Positions 33,368 to 33,385 of a DNA stretch of 33,385 nt are shown piece after piece; the first letter of the stretch is position 1, and the number at the start of each line of letters is the position of its first letter. The position numbers and the translations under genes are program-made. A model generated the notes under the pieces. The model had not been told where the DNA came from, ran no database searches, and saw nothing but the letters and a program-made list of their open reading frames with translations. The DNA is from a virus (lineage: Duplodnaviria; Caudoviricetes): positions 1 to 33,385 of IMG/VR virus record IMGVR_UViG_3300032136_000016. One strand, written 5' to 3'.

Positions 33368-33385
33368 ATGAAGATGCCCATTTTC
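33368..33385 (+). CDS. Start of a rightward gene, truncated by the window edge
   Basis: GAGGAG RBS, then ATG AAG ATG CCC ATT TTC; too short to identify. Confidence 0.45.

Overview
High-GC dsDNA tailed-phage (or prophage) segment with a podovirus-like virion layout and a Gram-negative host (it encodes overlapping spanins); an alphaproteobacterial host is my guess only. On the + strand (1-29158): three 'polyvalent'/effector-like genes directly upstream of the portal; a head module (portal, tiny basic peptide, GroES-like co-chaperonin, scaffold, capsid accessory, major capsid, decoration proteins, a glycosyltransferase/MAF-like enzyme); a short-tail module (two adaptors, two fibres, a lectin-like receptor-binding protein, nozzle); five internal virion/ejection proteins; and a six-gene lysis cassette. 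On the - strand (29175-33212): a recombination operon (22-aa peptide, RecT, two Cys-rich small proteins, SF2 helicase, YqaJ exonuclease, 56-aa ORF), starting from a divergent promoter region at the right end. No terminase, prohead protease, integrase, tRNA or CRISPR array is visible. The best candidates for something new are (i) a short GAL[Q/R] tag shared by the pre-portal enzymes and the ejection proteins, suggesting a capsid-loaded effector system, (ii) a beta-domain nested twice inside itself in the tail nozzle, and (iii) four translationally linked micro-ORFs below the ORF-track cutoff. All family calls come from motif recognition by eye; no searches were run.
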